The notes: generated from the sequence alone by a model not told the origin. Shown: positions 18,062-27,055, counted from the first letter of the stretch. The stretch: DNA of 64,000 nucleotides from Acidobacteria bacterium RIFCSPLOWO2_12_FULL_67_14b (GCA_001768615.1 MELE01000160.1:8547-72546); one strand, 5' to 3'. A program made the numbers and translations.

Positions 18062-18924
18062 TCAAGGTCGGCTACCTCGTGTCGTACGACTACCCGATGA
18101 TCTTCACGTCGCTCGGCCAGATCTACGATCACGTCGATGCGATCACGATCGCGATCGACGCGAATCGACGGACCTGGACCGGGAACACGTTCGACCTGGC
18201 CCCGGCCTTCTTCGCCGAGATCGCCCGGCTCGATCGCCGGCGCATCATCACGATCTACGAAGACGACTTCTGCCTGCCGTCGCTGTCGCCGATGGCCAAC
18301 GAGACGCGGGAACGCAATATGGTGGCGGCCCGCATGGGCGACGGATGGCTGATGCAGCTGGACGTCGACGAGTACATCTACGGGTTTGCCGCGGCCGCCG
18401 CGTTCCTGCGGCAGCACGACCTCCTCTGCGCGTTTCCGCGGCTGACGCCGATCGTCTTCACCGGGACGTGGATCACGCTGTTCAAGCGGGTGCCCGACGG
18501 GTTCCTGTACATCGAGAACCACGAGACGTTCGCCTTCGTCACCAACGTGCCGGCGTACGCCGAGGCCAGGCGTAACCCGGCCATCCCGAGCCACGACACC
18601 AATATCCAGGTCATCCACCAGTCGTGGGCGAGAGACATCGACGAGATCGTGCGCAAGGTCGAGAACTGGGGGCACAGCGACGACGTGCACCGCCGCTACG
18701 TCGAGTTCTGGAAGACCGTGGACAGCCGGAACTACCGGACCTTCAGGAACTTCCACCCCACCGTTGCCGAGGTCTGGGACGAGCTGCACTTCCTGCCGTG
18801 TGCCGGCATCGACGAGTTCATCGAGACCTACGCGACGCAGCACCCGCAGCGCCCGACGCCGATGCCGGCGTCGACGATCGCGATGCAGGCCGCCCGATCG
18901 GTGCGGCGCCGCCTGGGGCTTTAG
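18058..18924 (+). CDS. Hypothetical protein, possible GT-A-like glycosyltransferase (DVDEY motif)
   Basis: The ATG at 18058 overlaps the upstream TGA. Ordinary composition. A DxD-like LDVDEY is present. Last gene of the tightly coupled cluster. Confidence 0.4.
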   Translation: MIKVGYLVSYDYPMIFTSLGQIYDHVDAITIAIDANRRTWTGNTFDLAPAFFAEIARLDRRRIITIYEDDFCLPSLSPMANETRERNMVAARMGDGWLMQLDVDEYIYGFAAAAAFLRQHDLLCAFPRLTPIVFTGTWITLFKRVPDGFLYIENHETFAFVTNVPAYAEARRNPAIPSHDTNIQVIHQSWARDIDEIVRKVENWGHSDDVHRRYVEFWKTVDSRNYRTFRNFHPTVAEVWDELHFLPCAGIDEFIETYATQHPQRPTPMPASTIAMQAARSVRRRLGL

Positions 18925-19152
18925 GACTCGGCGCTTCGCACCTCGTCGGAGTCGGCAGCTTCGCTGCCTCCTTGGACTTGCCGCTTCGCGGCTCGTGGGC
19001 TCGGAGGAACAACTCAGCGTCGTTGGTGAGTTACCCGGGGTTCTCGGTCCCACGAACGAAGTGAGTCCCAGGAGCGAGCGCCAGGTCTTCGACAAGGCGA
19101 GCGACTCCCACGACGAGCGAAGCGAGGAGTCCTACGAGCGCAGCGAGTCCTG
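18925..19152. repeat. Dispersed imperfect-palindrome element, copy E2
   Basis: Fills the convergent gap and supplies the UDG C-terminus (DSLRS stop). Multiple GGACTC..CGCTTCGC.. and GACTCCCACGACGAGCGAAGCGAG motifs. The 13-mer lies at 19053-19065. Confidence 0.75.
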
Positions 19153-19896
19153 TACGGTTCTCAGCACCTCGTCGTACATGGCGGGCGTGACCGTCCCTGT
19201 ATTCGTGTTCTGCCGCGAGGGATGATACAGGCCCACCAGGGTGCATGGGTGCATGGGTGCTTGGGTGCTCGGGTGCTTCGGTGCATGGGTGCTCAGGTGC
19301 GCGAGGCGGGCGATGGCGCCGTGGCCGAACGCCGGACGGGGACGCGGCAATGGCACGCCTTGTCCGGCCAGCATCTTGAGCCAGGCATCCCAGGCAATCT
19401 TGCCGAGCGCGATCACGACCTCGAGGCGGGGGAGCTGTGCCACTTCCGCCGCGAGATGATCGAGACACGTGTCGATCTCCTCGGGCAGCGGCTTGTTGGC
19501 CGGCGGCGCGCAGCGGACCGCGGCCGCAATGTACGCATCGGTCAGCACCAGGCCATCGTCGACGCGCTGCGACGTCGTGATGTTGGCAAAGCCGGCGCGA
19601 TGGAGCGCCGCCATCAGGAAGTCCCCGGAGGCGCCGATGCCGTCTCCGGTAAAGACCCGCCCCGTCCGGTTCGCGCCGTGCGCCGCCGGCGCCAGGCCGA
19701 CAATCAGGACCCGGGCCCGCGGATCGCCGAAGCCGGGCACCGGCTTCGCCCAGTAGACATCGCTCCGGTGCGCGGCCTTCTTCACGCGGCCCACTTCCTG
19801 GCAGTACGCCCGCAGGCGAGGGCAGCGGTCGCAGCTAATGATGGCGGTCCGAACGGCCGAGAGAGAGGGAGGACGGGTTCCGCGCCGTGGGCTCAT
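19132..19896 (-). CDS. Uracil-DNA glycosylase, family 4/5 type (UdgB-like, Fe-S cluster Cys ligands)
   Basis: CDRCPRL, GLAPAAHGANRTGRVFTGD and YHPSRQNTNTG motifs. Contains an in-frame insertion made of an 8-mer tandem array. ATG at 19896 preferred over TTG at 19911. Confidence 0.8.
   Translation of the reverse strand: MSPRRGTRPPSLSAVRTAIISCDRCPRLRAYCQEVGRVKKAAHRSDVYWAKPVPGFGDPRARVLIVGLAPAAHGANRTGRVFTGDGIGASGDFLMAALHRAGFANITTSQRVDDGLVLTDAYIAAAVRCAPPANKPLPEEIDTCLDHLAAEVAQLPRLEVVIALGKIAWDAWLKMLAGQGVPLPRPRPAFGHGAIARLAHLSTHAPKHPSTQAPMHPCTLVGLYHPSRQNTNTGTVTPAMYDEVLRTVQDSLRS
19239..19302. repeat. Tandem octamer array (GGGTGCWY)x8 inside the UDG coding sequence
   Basis: The units read gggtgcat, gggtgcat, gggtgctt, gggtgctc, gggtgctt, cggtgcat, gggtgctc, aggtgcgc. 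On the minus strand this encodes HLSTHAPKHPSTQAPMHP. Confidence 0.9.
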
Positions 19897-20014
19897 GTGT
19901 CTTAGCTGCAATATGTTACGAGCCGAGCCCCGCGCCTGTCGCTTTCATTTGTCCGCCAGTCCCGCTAAAATGGATCGATTGTCTTATCGACGAAAAGGAA
20001 GGTCATCGCCGGTC

Positions 20015-22693
20015 ATGAGAAATACAGCTCCCACCGATGCCGCCCAGCTCGAAGCCCTCGAAACCCGGGAGTGGCTCGATTCGCTGGACGACGTGCTCAG
20101 GCACGGCGGTCCGGCGCGCGTCGGCGGTTTGCTCCGCGAACTCGGAATATACGCCCAGACGCAGGGCGTCCGGCTCCCGTTTACGGCCAACACGCCGTAC
20201 ATCAACACGATCAACGCCGACGAACAGGTGCCGTATCCCGGCAGCCGCGAGATCGAGCGCCGGATCAAGAGCCTCGTGCGGTGGAACGCCATGGCCATGG
20301 TCGTGCGCGCCAACCGCGTGGAAGACGGCATCGGCGGCCACATCTCGACCTTCGCCTCGTCGGCGACCCTGTATGAGGTGGGCTACAACCACTTCTTCCG
20401 CGGCCGCGACAACGGCAACGAGGGCGACGTCGTCTACTTCCAGGGCCACGGCTCGCCCGGCATCTACTCGCGCGCGTTCCTCGAAGGCCGCCTGACCAAC
20501 GAACAGCTCGTGAACTTCCGCCGCGAGTTCGCGGAGGGCGGCGGCCTCTCGTCGTACCCGCACCCGTGGCTGATGCCGAACTTCTGGGAGTTCCCCACGG
20601 TGTCGATGGGCCTCGGCCCGATCATGGCCATCTACCAGGCACGGTTCAACCGCTACCTGGAAGACCGCGGCCTCAAGCCGAAGACCGACGCGAAGGTGTG
20701 GGCGTTCCTGGGCGACGGCGAAACCGACGAGCCCGAGTCGCTCGGCGCCATTACGCTCGCCTCCCGCGAGACGCTCGACAACCTGATCTTCGTGATCAAC
20801 TGCAACCTGCAGCGGCTCGACGGCCCGGTGCGCGGCAACGGCCAGATCATCCAGGAGCTCGAAGCGACCTTCCGCGGCGCGGGCTGGAACGTGATCAAGT
20901 GCATCTGGGGCTCGGAATGGGACGCCCTGCTCGCGAAAGACAACGACGGCCTGCTGGTAAAGCGCATGGGCGAGATCGTCGACGGCGAGTACCAGAAGTA
21001 CGCCGTCGAATCGGGCGCCTACGTCCGCAAGCACTTCTGGGGCGCGGACCCGCGGCTGCTCGACATGGTCAAGCACCTCTCGGACGAGCAGCTCAAGAAG
21101 CTGACGCTCGGCGGTCACGATCCGGAAAAGGTCTACAACGCGTTCAAGCGCGCCACCGAAACCAAGGGCGTGCCGACCCTGGTGCTGGCGCGCACGATCA
21201 AGGGCTACGGCGTCGGCGAGTCGGGTGAGGGCAAGAACATCACCCACCAGCAGAAGAAGCTCAACGACGATGAGGTGAAGGCGTTCCGGACGCGTTTCGG
21301 CATCCCGATTTCGGACGACGAAGTGGCGCAGGCGCCGTTCTACCGTCCGGCGCCCGACAGCGTCGAGATGAAGTACATCACCGAGCGCCGCGCCGCCCTG
21401 CACGGACCCGTGCCGAAGCGCGTGGTGCGCGTCGAGCCGATCCAGGCGGACCTCGCCGAGGCGTTCGAGGAGTTCCACAAGGGCACCGAGGCCCGCAAGG
21501 CCTCGACCACCATGGTGTTCGTGCGCCTGCTCTCGAAGCTGCTGCGCGACGAGCAGATCGGCAAGTTTGTGGTGCCGATCGTGCCCGATGAAGCGCGCAC
21601 CTTCGGGATGGAGGCGCTGTTCCGCCAGGTCGGCATCTACGCGCACAGCGGCCAGCTCTACGAGCCGGTCGATCGCGACACGCTCCTGTACTACAAGGAA
21701 GCCTCGGACGGCCAGATTCTCGAAGAGGGCATCAACGAAGCCGGCTCGATGTCGTCGTTCATCGCTGCGGGCACCGCCTACGCCACCCACGGGATCAACA
21801 TGATCCCGTTCTTCATCTTCTATTCGATGTTCGGCTTCCAGCGGGTCGGCGACCTGATCTGGGCCGGCGCCGACATGCGGATGAAGGGCTTCGTGGTCGG
21901 CGGCACCTCCGGCCGCACCACGCTCAACGGCGAGGGGCTGCAGCACGAAGACGGCCAGAGCCATGTGCTGGCGCTGCCGGTGCCGAACTGCCAGTCGTAC
22001 GACCCGGCGTTTGCCTACGAGCTGGCCGTGATCGTCGAGGACGGCATCAAGCGCATGTATCGCGACCAGGAAGACATCTTCTACTACCTGACCGTGATGA
22101 ACGAGCAGTACGAGCACCCGCCGATGCCGGCGGGCGCGACCGAGGGGATTCTCAAGGGCATGTATGTCTGCAGGCCCACCAGCCAGCCGAAGGCGAAGCT
22201 GCGCGCACAGCTGTTCGGCAGCGGCACCATCCTGCTGCAGGCGCTCGAGGCGCAGAAGATCCTCGAAGAGCAGTACGGCGTGGGCGCCGACGTCTGGAGC
22301 GTGACGAGCTACGTCGGCCTCCACCGCGACGGCCACGCGTGCGAGCGCTGGAACCGCCTGCACCCTGCGGAGCCGCCGCGCGTGCCGTACGTGACGCAGA
22401 TGACCAAGGACGCGCCCGGCGTCTTCGTGGCCGCCTCCGACTACTTGAAGACGCTGCCGGATTCGATCGACCGGTGGCTGCCCAAGCCGCTGCAGGCGCT
22501 TGGCACCGACGGCTTCGGGCGCAGCGACTCGCGCGCGGCGCTCAGGAACTTCTTCGAAGTGGATGCGCGCTTCATCGTGCTGGCCACGCTGTATGCCCTG
22601 ATGAAGGACCGGCAGGTCGACGCGGCGCTGGTGCAGCAGGCGATCAAGGACCTCGGGATCGATACCGAGAAGTCAAATCCTGCCATCAGCTAA
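20015..22693 (+). CDS. aceE: Pyruvate dehydrogenase E1 component (homodimeric AceE type)
   Basis: About 890 aa. N-terminus ETREWLDSLDDVL and a ThDP-binding GDGE...N region are colinear with AceE as remembered. Confidence 0.9.
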   Translation: MRNTAPTDAAQLEALETREWLDSLDDVLRHGGPARVGGLLRELGIYAQTQGVRLPFTANTPYINTINADEQVPYPGSREIERRIKSLVRWNAMAMVVRANRVEDGIGGHISTFASSATLYEVGYNHFFRGRDNGNEGDVVYFQGHGSPGIYSRAFLEGRLTNEQLVNFRREFAEGGGLSSYPHPWLMPNFWEFPTVSMGLGPIMAIYQARFNRYLEDRGLKPKTDAKVWAFLGDGETDEPESLGAITLASRETLDNLIFVINCNLQRLDGPVRGNGQIIQELEATFRGAGWNVIKCIWGSEWDALLAKDNDGLLVKRMGEIVDGEYQKYAVESGAYVRKHFWGADPRLLDMVKHLSDEQLKKLTLGGHDPEKVYNAFKRATETKGVPTLVLARTIKGYGVGESGEGKNITHQQKKLNDDEVKAFRTRFGIPISDDEVAQAPFYRPAPDSVEMKYITERRAALHGPVPKRVVRVEPIQADLAEAFEEFHKGTEARKASTTMVFVRLLSKLLRDEQIGKFVVPIVPDEARTFGMEALFRQVGIYAHSGQLYEPVDRDTLLYYKEASDGQILEEGINEAGSMSSFIAAGTAYATHGINMIPFFIFYSMFGFQRVGDLIWAGADMRMKGFVVGGTSGRTTLNGEGLQHEDGQSHVLALPVPNCQSYDPAFAYELAVIVEDGIKRMYRDQEDIFYYLTVMNEQYEHPPMPAGATEGILKGMYVCRPTSQPKAKLRAQLFGSGTILLQALEAQKILEEQYGVGADVWSVTSYVGLHRDGHACERWNRLHPAEPPRVPYVTQMTKDAPGVFVAASDYLKTLPDSIDRWLPKPLQALGTDGFGRSDSRAALRNFFEVDARFIVLATLYALMKDRQVDAALVQQAIKDLGIDTEKSNPAIS

Positions 22694-22727
22694 GGCAGAA
22701 GGCAGAAGGCAGAAGGCAGAATGGCAG
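22692..22727. repeat. Tandem heptamer array (AAGGCAG)x4 plus one variant unit containing the aceF ATG
   Basis: Starts inside the aceE TAA and ends in aceF codon 3. The whole intercistronic spacer is array. Confidence 0.95.
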
Positions 22728-24052
22728 AGTTTATCCTCCCGAATCTCGGTGACGGCGTCGCCCAGGGCGATGTGCTGAAGGTGCTGGTCAAGATCGGCGA
22801 CACGATCGCGGTCGATCAGCCGGTGGTGGAGCTCGAAACAGACAAGGCCACCATTGAGGTGCCGTCGAACGTGGCGGGCAAGGTGAAGGAGATCCGCGTC
22901 AAGGCCGGCGACAAGGTGAAGCCGGGACAGGCCGTGCTCGTCATGGAGAACGGCGCAGGGAGCGCGGCTACGGCCGCACCTGTAGCACCGGCACCGGAAG
23001 CACCCAAGGCACCTGAGGCGCCTTTGGCGTCGCCGTCGGTTGAGCGGCCGAGGGCGCCGGTCGTGGACATCGCCGCGGGCCGCCCGCCGGCGGCCCCCGC
23101 CGCCGCCGCTCTGTCGCCGTCGGTCCACACGTCGTCGCCAGCGGCGCCGTCGGTCCGCCGCCTCGCGCGTGAGATCGGCGTCGATGTGAGCCAGGTCACG
23201 GGCACCGGACCGGGCGGCCGCATCACGCAGGATGACGTCAAGGAGTTCGCCAAGCGCGTCATGCACAGCATCGGCGGAAACGGGCAGGCCGCCGCCGCGT
23301 CGGCGCGGCCGGCCGCCGCCGGCCCGGCGCTGCCGGATTTCACCAAGTGGGGCGAGGTCGAGCGGAAACCCATGACGGGCATCCGCCGCAAGACCTCCGA
23401 GCACCTCAGCCATGCCTGGAACGCGATCCCGCACGTCACGCAGTTCGACAAGGCGGACATCACCCAGCTCGAACAGGTCCGGAAGAAGTACCGCGCCGAG
23501 GTCGAGAAGGCGGGCGGCAACCTCACGGTGACGGCCGTCGCCGCGAAGGTGATCGCGAGCGCGCTCAAGGCGTTCCCGCAGTTCAACGCCTCGGTCGATG
23601 CCGCGGGCGAGGCGATCGTCTACAAGAAGTACGTCCATGTCGGCATCGCGGTCGACACGGAGAACGGCCTGCTCGTCCCGGTGATCCGCAATGCCGATCG
23701 CAAGAACCTGATCGAGCTGTCGGTGGAGATCAACCAGCTCGCCGAGAAGGCCAAGGCGCGCAAGCTGACGCTGGAGGAAATGTCAGGCGGGTCGATGTCG
23801 ATCTCGAACCTCGGCGGCATCGGCGGCACCGCGTTCACGCCGATCATCAACTGGCCCGAGGTCGCGATTCTCGGCATCTCGCGCGGCATCTTCGAACCGG
23901 TGTGGAACGGGACCACGTTCGAGCCGCGGCAGATGCTGCCGCTCTCGCTCAGCTACGACCACCGGCTGATCGACGGCGCCGACGCCATCCGCTTCCTGCG
24001 CTGGGTCGCCGAAGCCCTCGAGCAACCCTTCACGCTTGCCTTGCGCGGATAA
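22721..24052 (+). CDS. aceF: Dihydrolipoamide acetyltransferase E2
   Basis: Lipoyl domain (ELETDKATIEVPS), Ala/Pro linkers, E3-binding domain (PSVRRLAREIGVD) and catalytic DHRLIDGA. Confidence 0.9.
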   Translation: MAEFILPNLGDGVAQGDVLKVLVKIGDTIAVDQPVVELETDKATIEVPSNVAGKVKEIRVKAGDKVKPGQAVLVMENGAGSAATAAPVAPAPEAPKAPEAPLASPSVERPRAPVVDIAAGRPPAAPAAAALSPSVHTSSPAAPSVRRLAREIGVDVSQVTGTGPGGRITQDDVKEFAKRVMHSIGGNGQAAAASARPAAAGPALPDFTKWGEVERKPMTGIRRKTSEHLSHAWNAIPHVTQFDKADITQLEQVRKKYRAEVEKAGGNLTVTAVAAKVIASALKAFPQFNASVDAAGEAIVYKKYVHVGIAVDTENGLLVPVIRNADRKNLIELSVEINQLAEKAKARKLTLEEMSGGSMSISNLGGIGGTAFTPIINWPEVAILGISRGIFEPVWNGTTFEPRQMLPLSLSYDHRLIDGADAIRFLRWVAEALEQPFTLALRG

Positions 24053-24058
24053 CCGACT

Positions 24059-24125
24059 GGCTTGAGGCTTGAGACTTGAGGCTTGAAAGGCCTCAACCCA
24101 AGTCCCAAGCCGCAAGCCCCAAGCC
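24059..24125. repeat. Heptamer array forming an imperfect palindrome: (GGCTTGA)x4 - AAGGCC - (CAAGYCS)x4-5
   Basis: Left-arm units and right-arm units are approximate reverse complements. Occupies the aceF-lpdA spacer up to the lpdA ATG (24127). Confidence 0.9.
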
Positions 24126-24126
24126 T

Positions 24127-25560
24127 ATGTCGACAAGCATTGCAGTAATCGGAGCCGGGCCGGGCGGCTACGCGGCTGCGTTCTATGCCGCCGACCTCGG
24201 GCTGAAGGTCACGCTCATCGACAACGAGAAGAACCCCGGGGGCGTGTGCCTTTACCGCGGGTGCATTCCCTCCAAGGCGCTGCTGCACGTCGCCAAGGTC
24301 CTGGACGAGTCCAAGCACGCGAAGGACTGGGGCATTGAGTTCGGCACTCCGAAGATCGACGTCGACAAGCTCCGCGACTTCAAGAACCGCGTCGTCGAGA
24401 AGCTGACGAGCGGGACCGGGCAGGTCTCGAAGTTCCGCAAGGTCAACTACCTCCGGGGCTGGGCGTCGATCGCCGATCCGAAGACGATCACGGTCAAGAA
24501 GGCGGACGGCGGGGACGAGACGGTCGCGGTGGACTACATGATCCTCGCCACCGGATCGTTGCCGACGAAGATCCCGTCGCTCTCGATCGACTCGCCGCGC
24601 GTCCTCGATTCGACCGGCGCGCTCGACCTGCCGGAGATCCCGAAGTCGATGCTCGTCATTGGCGGCGGCTACATCGGGCTCGAGCTCGGGTCGGTCTATG
24701 CGGCGCTCGGGACCAGGGTCTCGGTGGTCGAGATGACGCCCGGCCTGCTGCCCGGCGCCGACCGCGACCTGGTGAAGTTCCTCTCGCAGCGCGTCGAGAA
24801 GATCTACGAGAGGGTGATGGTCTCGACCCGCGTGACGTCGCTCACCGAGGTACGTAGGGGCGGGTCTTCAGACCCGCCAACCGGCGTGAAGGTGTCGTTC
24901 GAGGGCGAGGGCGCGCCGAAGGAAGCGACCTACGACTACGTGCTCGTCTCGATCGGCCGGCGGCCGAATGCAACGATCGCCGGCCTCGACAAGACCAGGG
25001 TCAAGGTCGACGCGAAGGGGTTTATCGAAACCGACAAGCAGCGCCGTACCGCCGAGCCGACGATTTTCGCCATCGGCGATGTGGCGGGCGAGCCGATGCT
25101 GGCGCACAAGGCCTCGCACGAGGCGCGCGTGGCGGTGGATGCCATCGAGGGCCAGAAGGTCGAGTTCGAACCGGCCGCCATTCCGGCGGTGGTGTTCACC
25201 GATCCCGAGATCGCGTGGGCGGGGCTGACCGAGACGGAGGCCGAGAAGCAGGGTATCAAGATCGAGGTCGCGAAGTTTCCGTGGCCGGCCTCCGGCCGCG
25301 CGATTGCGATCGATCGCGTCGACGGGCTGACGAAGCTGCTGATCGATCCGGAGACGGAGCGCATTCTTGGCGTGGGGATCGCGGGCTCAGGCGCGGGCGA
25401 ACTGATCGCCGAAGGCGTCGTCGCCATCGAGATGGGCGCCACCGCATCGGATCTGAAGCTGTCGATCCACCCGCATCCGACGCTCACCGAAACGCTGATG
25501 GAAGCCGCCGAGGTGTTCTTCGGGCAGGCGACGCACGTCTACAAACCTAAACGAAAATAA
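24127..25560 (+). CDS. lpdA: Dihydrolipoyl dehydrogenase E3
   Basis: GAGPGGY FAD motif, redox-active GGVCLYRGCIPSK, NAD motif GGGYIGLE and C-terminal HPHPTLTE. Carries an in-frame REP hairpin at 24859-24878. Confidence 0.9.
   Translation: MSTSIAVIGAGPGGYAAAFYAADLGLKVTLIDNEKNPGGVCLYRGCIPSKALLHVAKVLDESKHAKDWGIEFGTPKIDVDKLRDFKNRVVEKLTSGTGQVSKFRKVNYLRGWASIADPKTITVKKADGGDETVAVDYMILATGSLPTKIPSLSIDSPRVLDSTGALDLPEIPKSMLVIGGGYIGLELGSVYAALGTRVSVVEMTPGLLPGADRDLVKFLSQRVEKIYERVMVSTRVTSLTEVRRGGSSDPPTGVKVSFEGEGAPKEATYDYVLVSIGRRPNATIAGLDKTRVKVDAKGFIETDKQRRTAEPTIFAIGDVAGEPMLAHKASHEARVAVDAIEGQKVEFEPAAIPAVVFTDPEIAWAGLTETEAEKQGIKIEVAKFPWPASGRAIAIDRVDGLTKLLIDPETERILGVGIAGSGAGELIAEGVVAIEMGATASDLKLSIHPHPTLTETLMEAAEVFFGQATHVYKPKRK
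24859..24878. repeat. REP-like hairpin GGCGGGTC-TTCA-GACCCGCC inside the lpdA CDS
   Basis: Same core as 3572 and 53539. Encodes RGGSSDPP in a segment that is about 8 residues longer than in E. coli Lpd as I remember it. Confidence 0.8.
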
Positions 25561-25628
25561 GGCGCCTATGGTGCCTACGGGTGCCTCTGGTGCCTAAGGC
25601 CTGGTGCCGGGTGCCACGGGTGCGCTCG
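25561..25628. repeat. Degenerate GGTGCC(T) array with 7-10 bp period
   Basis: Seven GGTGC cores directly after the lpdA TAA. The array continues into the last 9 codons of the convergent membrane-protein gene. Confidence 0.8.
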
Positions 25629-26721
25629 GCTGTTGACTCGTGCGCCTGCTCGCGATCTGCAGGGCGACCGCGCCCAGCACGAACACGACCGTCGGGATCC
25701 AGTATGGCAGCCGCCAGAACGTCAGGTCGTTGCCGAGATACGCCAGCCGTCCTTCGAACAGCATCACCGCGAACCAGGCGAGGGCGAACCACAGGACAGC
25801 GTGCACGACGCGGGTGCGGCCCAATCCGGCGAGCGCCCAGCCCATCACGCCGAGGGCCAGCGCGAGAATCGGCGCGCGGAGCATCGCGTGCCACGCCAGC
25901 ACGCGCGTGATCGACTGCCCGAGCGGACTCTGATCCGTGCGCAGCGTGCGCGTCATCTCCGGCAGCGTCTGGGTCGCCGGCCAGGTGCGGAACTCCACCC
26001 GCTGCTGCGCCCGTTGCTCCGGCGTCGTCGGCCGCAATTGGCGGATCGCCGAGCCGGGGTACGAATGGCGTCCGGTCCGATCGTTGGCGATCGATCGTTG
26101 ATAGGCGCGTTCGAGCTGGGCATCCTGGAGCGGCCGGTTCATGAGCGGCGCCGCCCAGCCGGCGGCGACGAAGGCCAGCACTGAACCGGCCACGAGGCAC
26201 TGCACGGCATGCCACCCTGCCACGCGCCCGCGGCTCCGCAGCCGCATCATCACCGGCAGCAAGGCCAGCGGCACGATCAGCGGCAGCGCGAGGATCACGG
26301 CTTCGAGCAACAGGATGTCCAGCGGGCGATCGAACGACATCGGGCCGCCGCGCGTTTGCACGTAGCGAATCGCCGCTTGCGACGCAATCATGGCCGCGGC
26401 GGTGACCGCGAACACGAGCGCGCCTCGCGCGAGCGCGCGGCCGGGCGGGACGGTGAGCGCGTGGGTCATCGCACACCTCGATAAGGAACGCGCGAACGCC
26501 AGACCGCCGCCGGCGATGATCCGCCCGCGCGCCGGCGCGGACAGGCCGGCGGCGTCGGCGAGCTGCCGCTGCCAGTCCGCCACCAGCGGCTCGAACACGC
26601 GCTCGCGCAGTGCGGGACCGCACAACCATTGTGCGAACGCGAGCAGCCATGCTACGGACAACCGATCACCTTGCCGGTGAAAATGAGACCGCGTTCGTCG
26701 GTGAAGACCGCCACGCCGCAT
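25594..26721 (-). CDS. Hypothetical polytopic membrane protein (PadR operon, start uncertain)
   Basis: Multiple hydrophobic helices. Downstream of padR and the small exported protein on the same strand. Possible starts at 26721 or the TTG near 26661. The last 9 codons lie in the GGTGCC array. Confidence 0.5.
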   Translation of the reverse strand: MRRGGLHRRTRSHFHRQGDRLSVAWLLAFAQWLCGPALRERVFEPLVADWQRQLADAAGLSAPARGRIIAGGGLAFARSLSRCAMTHALTVPPGRALARGALVFAVTAAAMIASQAAIRYVQTRGGPMSFDRPLDILLLEAVILALPLIVPLALLPVMMRLRSRGRVAGWHAVQCLVAGSVLAFVAAGWAAPLMNRPLQDAQLERAYQRSIANDRTGRHSYPGSAIRQLRPTTPEQRAQQRVEFRTWPATQTLPEMTRTLRTDQSPLGQSITRVLAWHAMLRAPILALALGVMGWALAGLGRTRVVHAVLWFALAWFAVMLFEGRLAYLGNDLTFWRLPYWIPTVVFVLGAVALQIASRRTSQQPSAPVAPGTRP

Positions 26722-27044
26722 TCCGATGGCGGCACGAGGGCCGCTTGATAGTGCTGGCCGTCGCCGCTCACGACCAGCCGCAACGACTGGCCGAGGTAGG
26801 TGGCGTCGTGGCCGTCCAGGACCACGCTTTGCGCCACGCCACCCATCATCGGATGGGTCAGCAGCCGCTCGATCGCCACGTAGCCGTCGTTGCGGCGGCC
26901 GGCATTCTCGGCGGTGTTGATGGCGCGCATGAGCCTGACCCCGGCTCGCGCATCATAGGGGACGGGCTCTTGTCCGACGACGCCATGCGTGGCCATCAGG
27001 GTGATGGTCACGATGGCGAACGACCCAACAATGGCTGCGCGCAT
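26652..27044 (-). CDS. Hypothetical small exported protein
   Basis: ATG at 27044 preceded by GGGAGG. N-terminal hydrophobic segment (AAIVGSFAIVTITLMA). Lies between padR and the membrane protein. Confidence 0.5.
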   Translation of the reverse strand: MRAAIVGSFAIVTITLMATHGVVGQEPVPYDARAGVRLMRAINTAENAGRRNDGYVAIERLLTHPMMGGVAQSVVLDGHDATYLGQSLRLVVSGDGQHYQAALVPPSECGVAVFTDERGLIFTGKVIGCP

Positions 27045-27055
27045 GAAGCCTCCCA

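Noticed and set aside
20003-22363. 786-aa minus-strand ORF opposite aceE
   Set aside because: It is antisense to an unambiguous AceE. Its composition is typical of frame -1 of a high-GC gene.
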